A stretch of DNA of 64,000 nt from Saprospira sp. CCB-QB6. GTDB lineage: Bacteria > Bacteroidota > Bacteroidia > Chitinophagales > Saprospiraceae. Position 1 is the first letter of the stretch. Each line of letters opens with the position of its first letter. Location: positions 1,263,886 to 1,327,885 of the forward strand of contig NZ_CP116808.1 of NCBI RefSeq assembly GCF_028464065.1, given 5' to 3'. Under the pieces are notes generated by a model. That model was given only the letters and a program-made list of their open reading frames with translations. It was not told the origin of the DNA and ran no database searches. Below are positions 54,975-62,940 of this stretch, one piece after another. The translations under genes and the position numbers were made by a program.

Positions 54975-55196
54975 CCCACAACAAGCCCTTTAGGCTGCAG
55001 TTCGACGGCCAGAGGGAGTAACCGATTTGCAGCAGGCGGCGCAGCCGCCTTGGCCGAAGGCCAAACGGCCCAGCGCTGCGGAGGGGTGGCCGTAAGGCCA
55101 GACCAAAGCCGCCGCAGGCGGCTGCAGGGCCGAACAGACCTGTGAGCCCCGCAGCATAGCGGCGGCCAGCTTTGCTGGCCGCGGGCCCCAAAAAAT
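54975..55196 (-). repeat. GC-rich modular repeat copy S (gamma-type, minus orientation), preceded by a GCAGTTCGACG..AGGGAGTAACC module
   Basis: GGCCCAGCGCTGCGGAGGGGTGGCCGTAAGGCCAGACCAAAGCCGCCGCAGGCGGCTGCAGGGCCGAACAGACCTGTGAGCCCCGCAGCATAGCGGCGGCCAGCTTTGCTGGCCGCGGGCCCCAAAAAA. Confidence 0.8.
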
Positions 55197-55231
55197 CGCC
55201 CTTATCCTCGGTCATTTTCTTCAAAAGTGCT

Positions 55232-56734
55232 CTAATTATTGATCAATTGGGCCAGCGGGCTATCTTTTTTGGCAATAAAATCAATAGCCTTGGCTAAATC
55301 TTGGGCAAATACCCGATCGCCCTCAATGGCGGGCACGACTTGACGGAAAGCTTGGCGGCAAGTTTCAATTTGGGGAGAGCTGGGCAAGCTTCTAAACTCT
55401 AGGCTTTGGAGCGCCGCCATCAATTCAATCGCCAAAAGGCGCTCTACATTATGGACCAAGCGATAAAGTTTGGTCCCTGCATTGGCCGCCATACTCACAT
55501 GATCCTCTTGGCCATTACAAGAGACCAAGGAATCTACAGAAGCGGGCGTGCAGAGCTGTTTATTTTGGCTAGCGATAGAGGCCGCCGTATATTGGCCAAT
55601 CATCAGGCCAGAGTGTAGGCCCGAATTGGGCGTAAGGAAAGCGGGCAGGCCTCTTTTTCCGCCAATGAGTTGATAAAGGCGGCGTTCAGAGATACTTCCG
55701 AGTTCGGATAAGGCCATTGCCATAAAATCGAGGACCAAGGCTAGCGGCTGAGCGTGGAAATTTCCGCCTGAAAGGATAGCATCTGTTTCTGGGAAAATAT
55801 TGGGGTTATCCGTTACGCTATTGAGCTCGGTGCTCAGTACAGTTTTGGCATATTGCAGGGCATCTTTACTGGCCCCATGTACCTGAGGCACGCAGCGGAA
55901 AGAGTAAGGATCTTGGACCACCTCTTTTTCCTCCTTCATCAAAGGAGAATCGGTCAATAGGATTCTAATATTTTTGGCCGTTTGTAGTTGGCCATTATGG
56001 GGGCGGATAAGATGAAGGCGCTCATCAAAGGGGCTAAGCAGGCCCCCAAAGCCATCAATAGAAATAGCGGCAATGCTATCGGCCCAAAGGCTGAGCTTTT
56101 CCGCCTTCCAATAACTGTAGATGCCATAGGCCAAAGAAAACTGGGTTCCGTTGAGCAGCGCTAGGCCCTCCTTCATTTCGAGGGCAAGAGGCTGCCAGCC
56201 CAATTTTTCTAGGGCTTGAGCCGAGGACATTCGTTCGCCCTCAAAGTAGACCTCTCCCTCGCCTAAAATAGGGAGCGAAAGATGGGCTAGGGGGGCTAAA
56301 TCGCCAGAGGCTCCTAGGCTTCCCAACTGATAGATAACGGGAATAAGGTTCGCATTATAGCTATCAATTAGGCGTTGGAGCAAGATAGGGCGAACGCCCG
56401 AAAAGCCTTGGGCCAGATTCTGAATTTTGAGGAGCAGCATGAGGCGGGCCAGCTCCTCTGGCACCAAATCGCCTGTACCAAAGGCATGAGAGCGGACCAG
56501 ATTATGTTGTAGTTCGCTTAGGGCCTCCTTGCCAATTTTGACATCGCAAAGCGAGCCAAAGCCCGTATTGATGCCATAAAAAGAGTCTTCTGAATTTGCC
56601 ACTTTTTCCTCTAGAAAATCGCGGCAAGCCTTTACCTTGGTCCAAAGCGACTCACTTAATTCAATTTTTGTATGTTTTGTCCAAATCTGATGCAGGGCAT
56701 CTAATGTTAGTTCCTTATCGGTAAGCAAATGCAT
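55232..56734 (-). CDS. hutH: Histidine ammonia-lyase family (HAL/PAL/TAL; MIO-forming Ala-Ser-Gly present)
   Basis: GSLGASGDLAPLAHL contains the ASG triad that forms the MIO cofactor. 500 aa. Substrate (His vs Tyr/Phe) cannot be decided from what I can read. No hutU/hutI neighbours. Confidence 0.75.
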   Translation of the reverse strand: MHLLTDKELTLDALHQIWTKHTKIELSESLWTKVKACRDFLEEKVANSEDSFYGINTGFGSLCDVKIGKEALSELQHNLVRSHAFGTGDLVPEELARLMLLLKIQNLAQGFSGVRPILLQRLIDSYNANLIPVIYQLGSLGASGDLAPLAHLSLPILGEGEVYFEGERMSSAQALEKLGWQPLALEMKEGLALLNGTQFSLAYGIYSYWKAEKLSLWADSIAAISIDGFGGLLSPFDERLHLIRPHNGQLQTAKNIRILLTDSPLMKEEKEVVQDPYSFRCVPQVHGASKDALQYAKTVLSTELNSVTDNPNIFPETDAILSGGNFHAQPLALVLDFMAMALSELGSISERRLYQLIGGKRGLPAFLTPNSGLHSGLMIGQYTAASIASQNKQLCTPASVDSLVSCNGQEDHVSMAANAGTKLYRLVHNVERLLAIELMAALQSLEFRSLPSSPQIETCRQAFRQVVPAIEGDRVFAQDLAKAIDFIAKKDSPLAQLINN

Positions 56735-56836
56735 AAATTGTTAGCTGTTGTGGCCCATTTGGGCCTATATTAAATGATAATCCTGTCTGATTAGGCCGAA
56801 TATAGAAGAAGAGATTTAGAAAAAAAATAAAGCGAT

Positions 56837-57478
56837 ATGAATAGCTCAAAAAATAAGGTCAAGTTCTTAGCTAGGGCCTACTTTTATCTACTCCCTTGGA
56901 GTCGTCCCAAGCGATTGTGGTTATTGGGGCTGTTGATGCTGCTTATCTTTTGCCGTTTTCAGTACCTAACGGCTAGCTGGCGGGCAGCCTTGGGGCCCTT
57001 GACCTCTGGAGAAGAGCTGCAGTTGCTCGATACTCATTTTGGCATTCGGGAAAAAGAGATAATTCCCTTGCTAGAGCATTTGGGGCCCGCCTATCGACAA
57101 GCGCACAGCTACTTATACATCAGCTTAGATTTGATTTATCCTCTCGTTTATGGGCTATTCTTTTCGGCCTTGCTTCTTTTCCTTTTACAGAACTCCTATC
57201 CCCGTTATTTAGGTAGCCTTTATCGCCTAAGTTTTTTCCCTTTTTTGATCGCAATCACCGACCTTTTAGAAAATATATCTTTTATCTTGTTGCTTTGGCG
57301 CTACCCCCAAATTGATCCCTACTTATGGTGTTTGGCCTCCACATTTAACCAGACAAAATGGATCGGGGTCAATTTACTGCTCATTTTGCTCCTACTGGGC
57401 TTTGTTGCTCGCTGGATGAATCGAGTAGAGGTAGCAGAGTTTCGGGCCATGCAAAAACGCTTTGGCTCGGATAAATAA
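56837..57478 (+). CDS. Hypothetical polytopic membrane protein
   Basis: 213 aa with 5-6 hydrophobic segments. No motif recognised. Confidence 0.45.
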   Translation: MNSSKNKVKFLARAYFYLLPWSRPKRLWLLGLLMLLIFCRFQYLTASWRAALGPLTSGEELQLLDTHFGIREKEIIPLLEHLGPAYRQAHSYLYISLDLIYPLVYGLFFSALLLFLLQNSYPRYLGSLYRLSFFPFLIAITDLLENISFILLLWRYPQIDPYLWCLASTFNQTKWIGVNLLLILLLLGFVARWMNRVEVAEFRAMQKRFGSDK

Positions 57479-57519
57479 TCAGACTCATATCAATCATCAA
57501 GCTTTAAAATTAAATCAAG

Positions 57520-58110
57520 ATGTCTAAGAACTTATTGTGGGATGCCGCATTGGCTCGTTTGAAAGAGGGTAATGATCGCTTTGTTAAAGAACAAACAGAA
57601 GGGAAAAAGCAGGCCTTAAATCGCCGTCAGGAATTAACTAAAGGACAGGCTCCTTGGGCCATTATTTTGAGTTGTGCTGACTCTAGAGTGGTTCCCGAAC
57701 TCACCTTTGATACGGGCTTGGGCGAGCTTTTCGTAATTCGAGTAGCGGGCAATATTGCCAATAAAGCCACCTTGGCTAGTATTGAGTATGCCGTTGCTCA
57801 CTTAGACGTCAACTTGATTGTAGTAATGGGTCATGAAAGCTGCGGGGCGGTCACGGCAGCCATGGCAGAGGGCGATGCGGAAAGTAACAACCTAAAACAT
57901 TTGTTAGATTACATTCAGCCGGCCATTGCCGCTTGTCCCCAGGCTCAAAATGTAAATGAGGTCGTAAAGAAAAATGCCGAGCTTACGGCAGAGGCTTTGG
58001 CGGCCAATTCGGCCATCATTCAGAATGAAATCACGCATGGAGAGCTCAAGGTCTTTTCGGCCTATTACAATCTCTCTGATGGACATGTAGACTTTTTTGA
58101 GGAGGCTTAG
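57520..58110 (+). CDS. Beta-class carbonic anhydrase
   Basis: Zinc ligands in CADSRV (CxDSR) and HESCGAV (HxxCG). 196 aa. Confidence 0.85.
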   Translation: MSKNLLWDAALARLKEGNDRFVKEQTEGKKQALNRRQELTKGQAPWAIILSCADSRVVPELTFDTGLGELFVIRVAGNIANKATLASIEYAVAHLDVNLIVVMGHESCGAVTAAMAEGDAESNNLKHLLDYIQPAIAACPQAQNVNEVVKKNAELTAEALAANSAIIQNEITHGELKVFSAYYNLSDGHVDFFEEA

Positions 58111-58134
58111 GTCAAATTGAAACGGGCAAAAAAA

Positions 58135-58167
58135 ACCGCCAGCTCGACAAAAGCTGGCGTTTTTTTG
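58135..58167 (+). terminator. Rho-independent terminator CGCCAGCT-CGACAAA-AGCTGGCG plus T7
   Basis: Read directly, 25 bp downstream of the carbonic anhydrase stop. Confidence 0.65.
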
Positions 58168-58195
58168 TAGGGGCCAAGAGCTTCCCGATGATGAT

Positions 58196-58325
58196 ATTTT
58201 TTTGGGGCCCGCGGCCAGCAAAGCTGGCCGCCGCTATGCTGCGGGGCTCACAGGTCTGTTCGGCCCTGCAGCCGCCTGCGGCGGCTTTGGTCTGGCCTAC
58301 GGCCCCCCCTCCGCAGCGCTGGGCC
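58196..58325 (+). repeat. GC-rich modular repeat copy T (gamma-type), left arm of a tight inverted pair
   Basis: TTTTTTTGGGGCCCGCGGCCAGCAAAGCTGGCCGCCGCTATGCTGCGGGGCTCACAGGTCTGTTCGGCCCTGCAGCCGCCTGCGGCGGCTTTGGTCTGGCCTACGGCCCCCCCTCCGCAGCGCTGGGCC. Reverse complement of copies A and S. Confidence 0.8.
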
Positions 58326-58479
58326 GCTCCACTTTTTTTGTTGCTTCAAATCTTTAGGCTTCGGCCTTTTGGTCCTCCCTTTTTAGTTCACTTCATGAGG
58401 GGGTTAGCCCTCATTCATATATTATTCTGCAGCAATGCCATTCCTTGCTGTAGGTTTTAACCTACAAGCACAGATAGCA
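58326..58479. repeat. Conserved core between inverted pair T/U (TTCATGAGGGGGTTAGCCCTCATTCATATAT...GCAATGCCATTCCTTGCTGTAGGTTTTAACCTACAAG)
   Basis: Homologous to 41278-41414. Confidence 0.7.
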
Positions 58480-58622
58480 GGCGGCAAAGCCGCCGCAGGC
58501 TGAGGGGCTGTAGCAGGGCCGCCGAAGGCGGCAGACCTAGCGGGCATAGCCCGCGCAGGGCCGAGCAAACAGCGAGCTGCGCAATGGCCCGACCCGACCG
58601 CAGGAAGGGGCAGCCCCAAAAC
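58480..58622 (-). repeat. GC-rich modular repeat copy U (alpha-prime type, minus orientation), right arm of the pair
   Basis: GGCGGCAAAGCCGCCGCAGGCTGAGGGGCTGTAGCAGGGCCGCCGAAGGCGGCAGACCTAGCGGGCATAGCCCGCGCAGGGCCGAGCAAACAGCGAGCTGCGCAATGGCCCGACCCGACCGCAGGAAGGGGCAGCCCCAAAACC. Confidence 0.8.
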
Positions 58623-58628
58623 CTCCAC

Positions 58629-59558
58629 CTAAGACAACTTACTATAATTGGCAGCGGCAGCGCCTTCTTCATGCTTAGCTTCTAGAATTTCAAAGACATT
58701 CTTGCGAATATTATGGGCGATATCGCCCGTAGGCAGGTCATTACAATCCTGGCCAAAGGGGTCTTGAATCTCTGCGGCCATCAGTTCGAGGCCAAGAAAG
58801 GCAAAGAGGATCAGCATCAGCACGGGCAATCCCCAAAAGCCAAAGCTGGGCAAAATCACAAAGGGTAAAATCAGGGCGTAGCAAACAATATAGAGCCGCA
58901 AGAAGATCTCGTAAGAAAAGGGAATAGGGGTTTTCTTAATGCGTTCACAGGCGCCCAAAACATCGAGCAGCGCTTGAGTGTGAGGTTTAAAATTAAGCTG
59001 ATCGAGCTCTCGGATTTCGCCACGGCGATAAGCCTGCACCACTAGCTGCTGAATTTGGGCCGAAATATAGGCGGGTAAATGCTGTTGCTCTGCATAAAGC
59101 TGTCGATCTCTAGCGCTCAACTCAATAAGCTCCTCTAGGCGTACGCCCTCCCGCAAATGCTCCTTAAAGGCCAGGCAAAAATTGCTAATTAATAGCGCTA
59201 GACGGTGGCGGATCGCCTTATTCTCTTCGGGAAAGCAAACCTGTCCCACAATGGCTAGATTTCTACTGTGATTAACCAGCGCGCCCCATTGTTTGCGGCC
59301 CTCCCACCAGCGATCATAGGCTGTATTGGTCCGAAAGACCAAAAGGATACTCAGCACCACCCCCAAAAAGGAAAAAATGCTGCTCAGACCGTCTAATTTT
59401 AGGTATTTGGACCAATCGGCCCAGATGAAAAGGGCCGCCAGTCCTGCCACGGCCAAGCCATAAAACAAAACATAAGCAATCAGCCGTTGAATAACCAGAG
59501 TGCGATTAAAATGGCGAATGTCTCTTAGGAAAGAGCCCGAAGGTTTGTAGATAATCAT
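58629..59558 (-). CDS. Bestrophin-like (UPF0187/YneE) membrane protein, putative anion channel
   Basis: TAYDRWWEGRKQWGALVNHSRNLA matches the bestrophin-family motif aYdRWWEaR..WG.lvN.sRnl. 3-4 transmembrane segments. 309 aa. Confidence 0.6.
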   Translation of the reverse strand: MIIYKPSGSFLRDIRHFNRTLVIQRLIAYVLFYGLAVAGLAALFIWADWSKYLKLDGLSSIFSFLGVVLSILLVFRTNTAYDRWWEGRKQWGALVNHSRNLAIVGQVCFPEENKAIRHRLALLISNFCLAFKEHLREGVRLEELIELSARDRQLYAEQQHLPAYISAQIQQLVVQAYRRGEIRELDQLNFKPHTQALLDVLGACERIKKTPIPFSYEIFLRLYIVCYALILPFVILPSFGFWGLPVLMLILFAFLGLELMAAEIQDPFGQDCNDLPTGDIAHNIRKNVFEILEAKHEEGAAAANYSKLS

Positions 59559-60505
59559 GAGTTAGAGATTAATTGTTCAATCGGCATCGTTCTTCCGCCG
59601 CAAATAATGGCCAAAATATGTTTGGCCGCTCGGATTTCGGGCCAATCTTCCTCTAGGGCAGCACGGACCAAGCCGCAGGCGGGCTCCGTCAGATGCCCTG
59701 TTTCGGTCAAGAGTTGTTGGACGCCCCAAACTGCCCGTTCATCAGGCAAAACACGGCTATATACCTTGGGCGATTGAGCCGCTTCCCAGGCGGCTTGAGC
59801 AATCTTTTTGGCGCCTAAGCTGCTGGCAATCCCCTCAATCTTTGGCAGTTCAATTTGTTCGCCTGCGGCCAAGGACTGATGCAGGGAGGCTGTACCAGGC
59901 GTCTCCAAACACAACACCTTAGTGGGCCAATTATGGGCGGCTAGGCCCTGCATCACCCCTTTAAAAAGACCTCCGCCGCCTACCGAGAGTAAAATGAGAT
60001 CGGGAGGCTGCGGCAATTGCTCCGCCAATTCATTAATCAAACTGCTATGGCCCTCCCAAAGGGCGGGATGATCAAAAGGGGGAACATAGGCCGCTTGGGA
60101 CGCCTTGGCTAATTCTAGGGCCAGTTTTTGGGCCTCGGCCCAGCTTTCGCCAGAGCGATAAACCTTTGCCCCTAAATCGAGGAGCAATTGCTCGACAAAA
60201 AGAGAGCTAGTTAGGGGAAGAACAACCTCTGCTCGCAGTTGGAGTTCTTGGGCGGCATAAGCCACCGCCAGGCCCGCATTACCTCCAGAGGCAATCACCA
60301 AAGATAAAATGCCTTGGGCCTTAAGTTCCTCCGCATAATGGCCAATCCCTCTAATTTTAAAAGAGCCCGAAGCTTGCTGGCAATCTAGTTTATAATAAAT
60401 ATGCTGCCCTTTGCGCTGAGACAAGCCCCATTGCTTTCGGCAGGCCGTTTTTTGATGTAATGGCATGAATTGTTTTTTATTGGGCTTTAATTTAATGAAC
60501 TCCAT
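59555..60505 (-). CDS. PLP-dependent threonine/serine dehydratase-like enzyme (fold-type II)
   Basis: PLP-lysine motif ASGSFKIRG. Gly-rich phosphate loop SGGNAGLAVAYAA. The start codon is uncertain (Met28 or Met41 of the ORF); Met28 is used here. Overlaps the bestrophin gene by 4 bp. Confidence 0.6.
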   Translation of the reverse strand: MEFIKLKPNKKQFMPLHQKTACRKQWGLSQRKGQHIYYKLDCQQASGSFKIRGIGHYAEELKAQGILSLVIASGGNAGLAVAYAAQELQLRAEVVLPLTSSLFVEQLLLDLGAKVYRSGESWAEAQKLALELAKASQAAYVPPFDHPALWEGHSSLINELAEQLPQPPDLILLSVGGGGLFKGVMQGLAAHNWPTKVLCLETPGTASLHQSLAAGEQIELPKIEGIASSLGAKKIAQAAWEAAQSPKVYSRVLPDERAVWGVQQLLTETGHLTEPACGLVRAALEEDWPEIRAAKHILAIICGGRTMPIEQLISNS

Positions 60506-60606
60506 CAAATTCGAGAAAGATAAAAAAGCGGAGGAAATAACTCCATAGCCTATTTTTTCTCGTATTTTAAAAATCGCTTGCCCCAATCACCTTAAACTCT
60601 AGTCCC

Positions 60607-61665
60607 TTGTCTATAAAAATATTATCTACTCATAAAGCTTTGCCTCGCTACTCTAGGTCTACTCAAGACATCCTTCCTTATATTGATCTTTGGTTACAGG
60701 CTAAAGGCCAAGATGAACGCTTTCGCCGCAAGGTGGAGCGTATTTTTCGCTATGCGCAGGTCGACCGTCGCTACTCCATTATGGATATCGAAGAGGTCTT
60801 TCAGCAAACCTCCTTTGAGGAAAAGAATGCCCGTTATGCGGAAGAATATACCTTACTGACGCAGCAAGCCCTAGAAGGGGCCTTAAAAAAGGCCAATTTA
60901 CAGCCTACTGATATTGATATTATCATCAGTGTAAGTTGTACGGGCATTATGATTCCCTCTATAGACGCCTACTTAATTAATGCGCTGAGAATGCGCCAAG
61001 ATATTATGCGTTTGCCCGTAACAGAAATGGGCTGTGCAGGGGGTACCTCCGCATTGATTTATGCTTACAACCTGCTTCAGGCCAATCCAGGTAAACGAGC
61101 GGCCATTGTTGCCTTTGAATCACCTACGGCTACCTTTCAGCAAGATGATATGAGCATGGTAAATATGGTCAGTGCCGCCATCTTTGGCGATGGGGCTGTT
61201 TGTACCATCTTGGGCCCCTCCGAAGAGCTGAAACCCGCTATCATTGCGGGAGAGATGTATCATTTTTATGATGAAATTGATATGATGGGCTTCAAGCTGC
61301 GGAACACGGGCCTACAAATGATCTTGGACAAGGAAGTACCCAACAAAATTGAGCGACATTTTGAGGCCGTTTTGTTTCCCTTTATAGAAAAGCATGGGCT
61401 AAGCATCGAGCAAATCGAGCACTTAATCTTTCATCCCGGCGGCAAGAAGATCGTGCAGCTGGTCGAGAGTCTTTTTGCGGACCTAGACAAAAACATAGCA
61501 GAAACCAAAGAGGTTTTGCGCCTCTATGGCAATATGTCTTCGGCCACGGTGCTCTATGTTTTAGAGCGTTATTTAGAAAAGCCCATTGCCGCTGGCGAAA
61601 AGGGCCTGATGTTGAGTTTTGGTCCAGGGTTTTCTGCCCAACGCCTATTATTGAATTGGGAGTAG
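60607..61665 (+). CDS. Type III polyketide synthase (chalcone/stilbene synthase superfamily)
   Basis: All three catalytic residues are in the expected contexts: Cys in EMGCAGGTSAL (CHS GCFAGGT), His in IFHPGGKKIV (CHS HPGGPAIL), Asn in LYGNMSSATVLYVLE (CHS GNMSSA). 352 aa. Confidence 0.8.
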   Translation: MSIKILSTHKALPRYSRSTQDILPYIDLWLQAKGQDERFRRKVERIFRYAQVDRRYSIMDIEEVFQQTSFEEKNARYAEEYTLLTQQALEGALKKANLQPTDIDIIISVSCTGIMIPSIDAYLINALRMRQDIMRLPVTEMGCAGGTSALIYAYNLLQANPGKRAAIVAFESPTATFQQDDMSMVNMVSAAIFGDGAVCTILGPSEELKPAIIAGEMYHFYDEIDMMGFKLRNTGLQMILDKEVPNKIERHFEAVLFPFIEKHGLSIEQIEHLIFHPGGKKIVQLVESLFADLDKNIAETKEVLRLYGNMSSATVLYVLERYLEKPIAAGEKGLMLSFGPGFSAQRLLLNWE

Positions 61666-61692
61666 TCATTGCCCCGCTAAATCAGAAAGCCG

Positions 61693-62478
61693 ATGTATAA
61701 GGAACAGCAACTTTGGGGGCTCATTTTGGGGGGCTCTTCGGGACTAGGTTGGGCGGCCGCCCAACAACTGGCCCAAAAAGGCATGTCGCTCTGCATTTAT
61801 TATCGAGAACGGCGGGCCGATGCTCGGGTGGCCCAAGCTCGTTTTCAGGCTTTGGCCCTAGAAACGGGCGTGAGTATTTTGCACTATAATGTAGATGCCA
61901 CGCAAAAAGAGCAAATTGCTCGATCTTTGGCAGAACTGGCCAATCGCCTGCCGCCAGAGGCTCGCTTTCGGCTGCTATTGCACAGCATTGCCAAGGGCAA
62001 TCTCAAGGCCTTTTTGGGCCAGAATAATTTGACGAGTACTGATTTCCAGCTTACGGCCCAAAACATGGCTTATAGTATTGTCGATTGGGCGCAGGGATTA
62101 ATTAATCTAGGCCGCTTTGCCGAAGATGCTCGAATTTTGGGGTTGAGCAGTGGGGGAAACCAAAGAGCTTGGTCCCATTATGCGGCCGTGTCAGCGGCTA
62201 AGACCGCTCTAGAGGCCATTATTCGCGCTATGGCTTTAGAGTATGCGCCCTTGGGCATTCGGGCGAATATTGTACAGGCGGGCATGATGAATACCCGTTC
62301 CTTTCAACTGATTCCCGGCAGCGATGATTTGGCCCAATTTGCCAAAAGTAGAAACCCTTTGGGCCGAATGACGGAGGCCGAAGATGTAGCCAAAGTCATT
62401 GAGCTACTCTGTCGAGCAGAATCAGCTTGGATTAATGGTGCCATTATTCCCGTAGATGGCGGAGAACGATTGATTTAA
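61693..62478 (+). CDS. SDR-family reductase, FabI/FabL-like enoyl-ACP reductase
   Basis: NAD(P)-binding LILGGSSGLGWAAA. Active site HYAAVSAAKTALE gives Y-x6-K plus AALE, as in FabI (YNVMGVAKAALE) rather than the classical SDR YxxxK. 261 aa. Confidence 0.6.
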   Translation: MYKEQQLWGLILGGSSGLGWAAAQQLAQKGMSLCIYYRERRADARVAQARFQALALETGVSILHYNVDATQKEQIARSLAELANRLPPEARFRLLLHSIAKGNLKAFLGQNNLTSTDFQLTAQNMAYSIVDWAQGLINLGRFAEDARILGLSSGGNQRAWSHYAAVSAAKTALEAIIRAMALEYAPLGIRANIVQAGMMNTRSFQLIPGSDDLAQFAKSRNPLGRMTEAEDVAKVIELLCRAESAWINGAIIPVDGGERLI

Positions 62479-62484
62479 CAACAG

Positions 62485-62940
62485 ATGAAAGATAACTACC
62501 AAGATATTTTAGCCCTGCTCCCCTATGGCCCTAACTTCTGCTTTGTAGATGAGTTATTGGCGCTGAATAAAGAAGGCGTTATAGGGCAGTACCGCTTTGC
62601 TAAAGAGGCCCCCTTTTATGCCGATCATTTTCCAGAAAACCCAATTACCCCTGGGGTTTTGCTTTTGGAGTGCATGGCGCAGATTGGGCTCGTTTGCCTA
62701 GGCATTTATTTATTGAAAAAAGAGCTGCAGGAGGTCCCACAAATTGCCTTTAGTAGTTCTAAGGTCAATTTTTATCGGCCCCATCGGCCAGGAGAATTGC
62801 TTAGAGTAGAAGCCAAAAAGAAATTATTTCGTCTCCAACAGCTTCGAGTAAATGCCTCTGCCTATAATGAAGCGGGCGAATTGGTTGCCCAAGCCGAATT
62901 GGCGGGCATGTGGAGCAAAAAAACAAAAACAGATGCCTGA
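62485..62940 (+). CDS. FabZ/FabA-like hotdog-fold 3-hydroxyacyl-ACP dehydratase
   Basis: ADHFPENPITPGVLLLECMAQIG matches the FabZ motif HFPgnPimPGVLiiEalAQ. 151 aa. Confidence 0.75.
   Translation: MKDNYQDILALLPYGPNFCFVDELLALNKEGVIGQYRFAKEAPFYADHFPENPITPGVLLLECMAQIGLVCLGIYLLKKELQEVPQIAFSSSKVNFYRPHRPGELLRVEAKKKLFRLQQLRVNASAYNEAGELVAQAELAGMWSKKTKTDA

Noticed and set aside
55232-56734. Assigning the ammonia-lyase firmly as hutH of a histidine-utilisation operon
   Set aside because: No hutU, hutI or hutG neighbours are present and substrate selectivity cannot be read reliably. I keep the family-level call with hutH only as the most common member.
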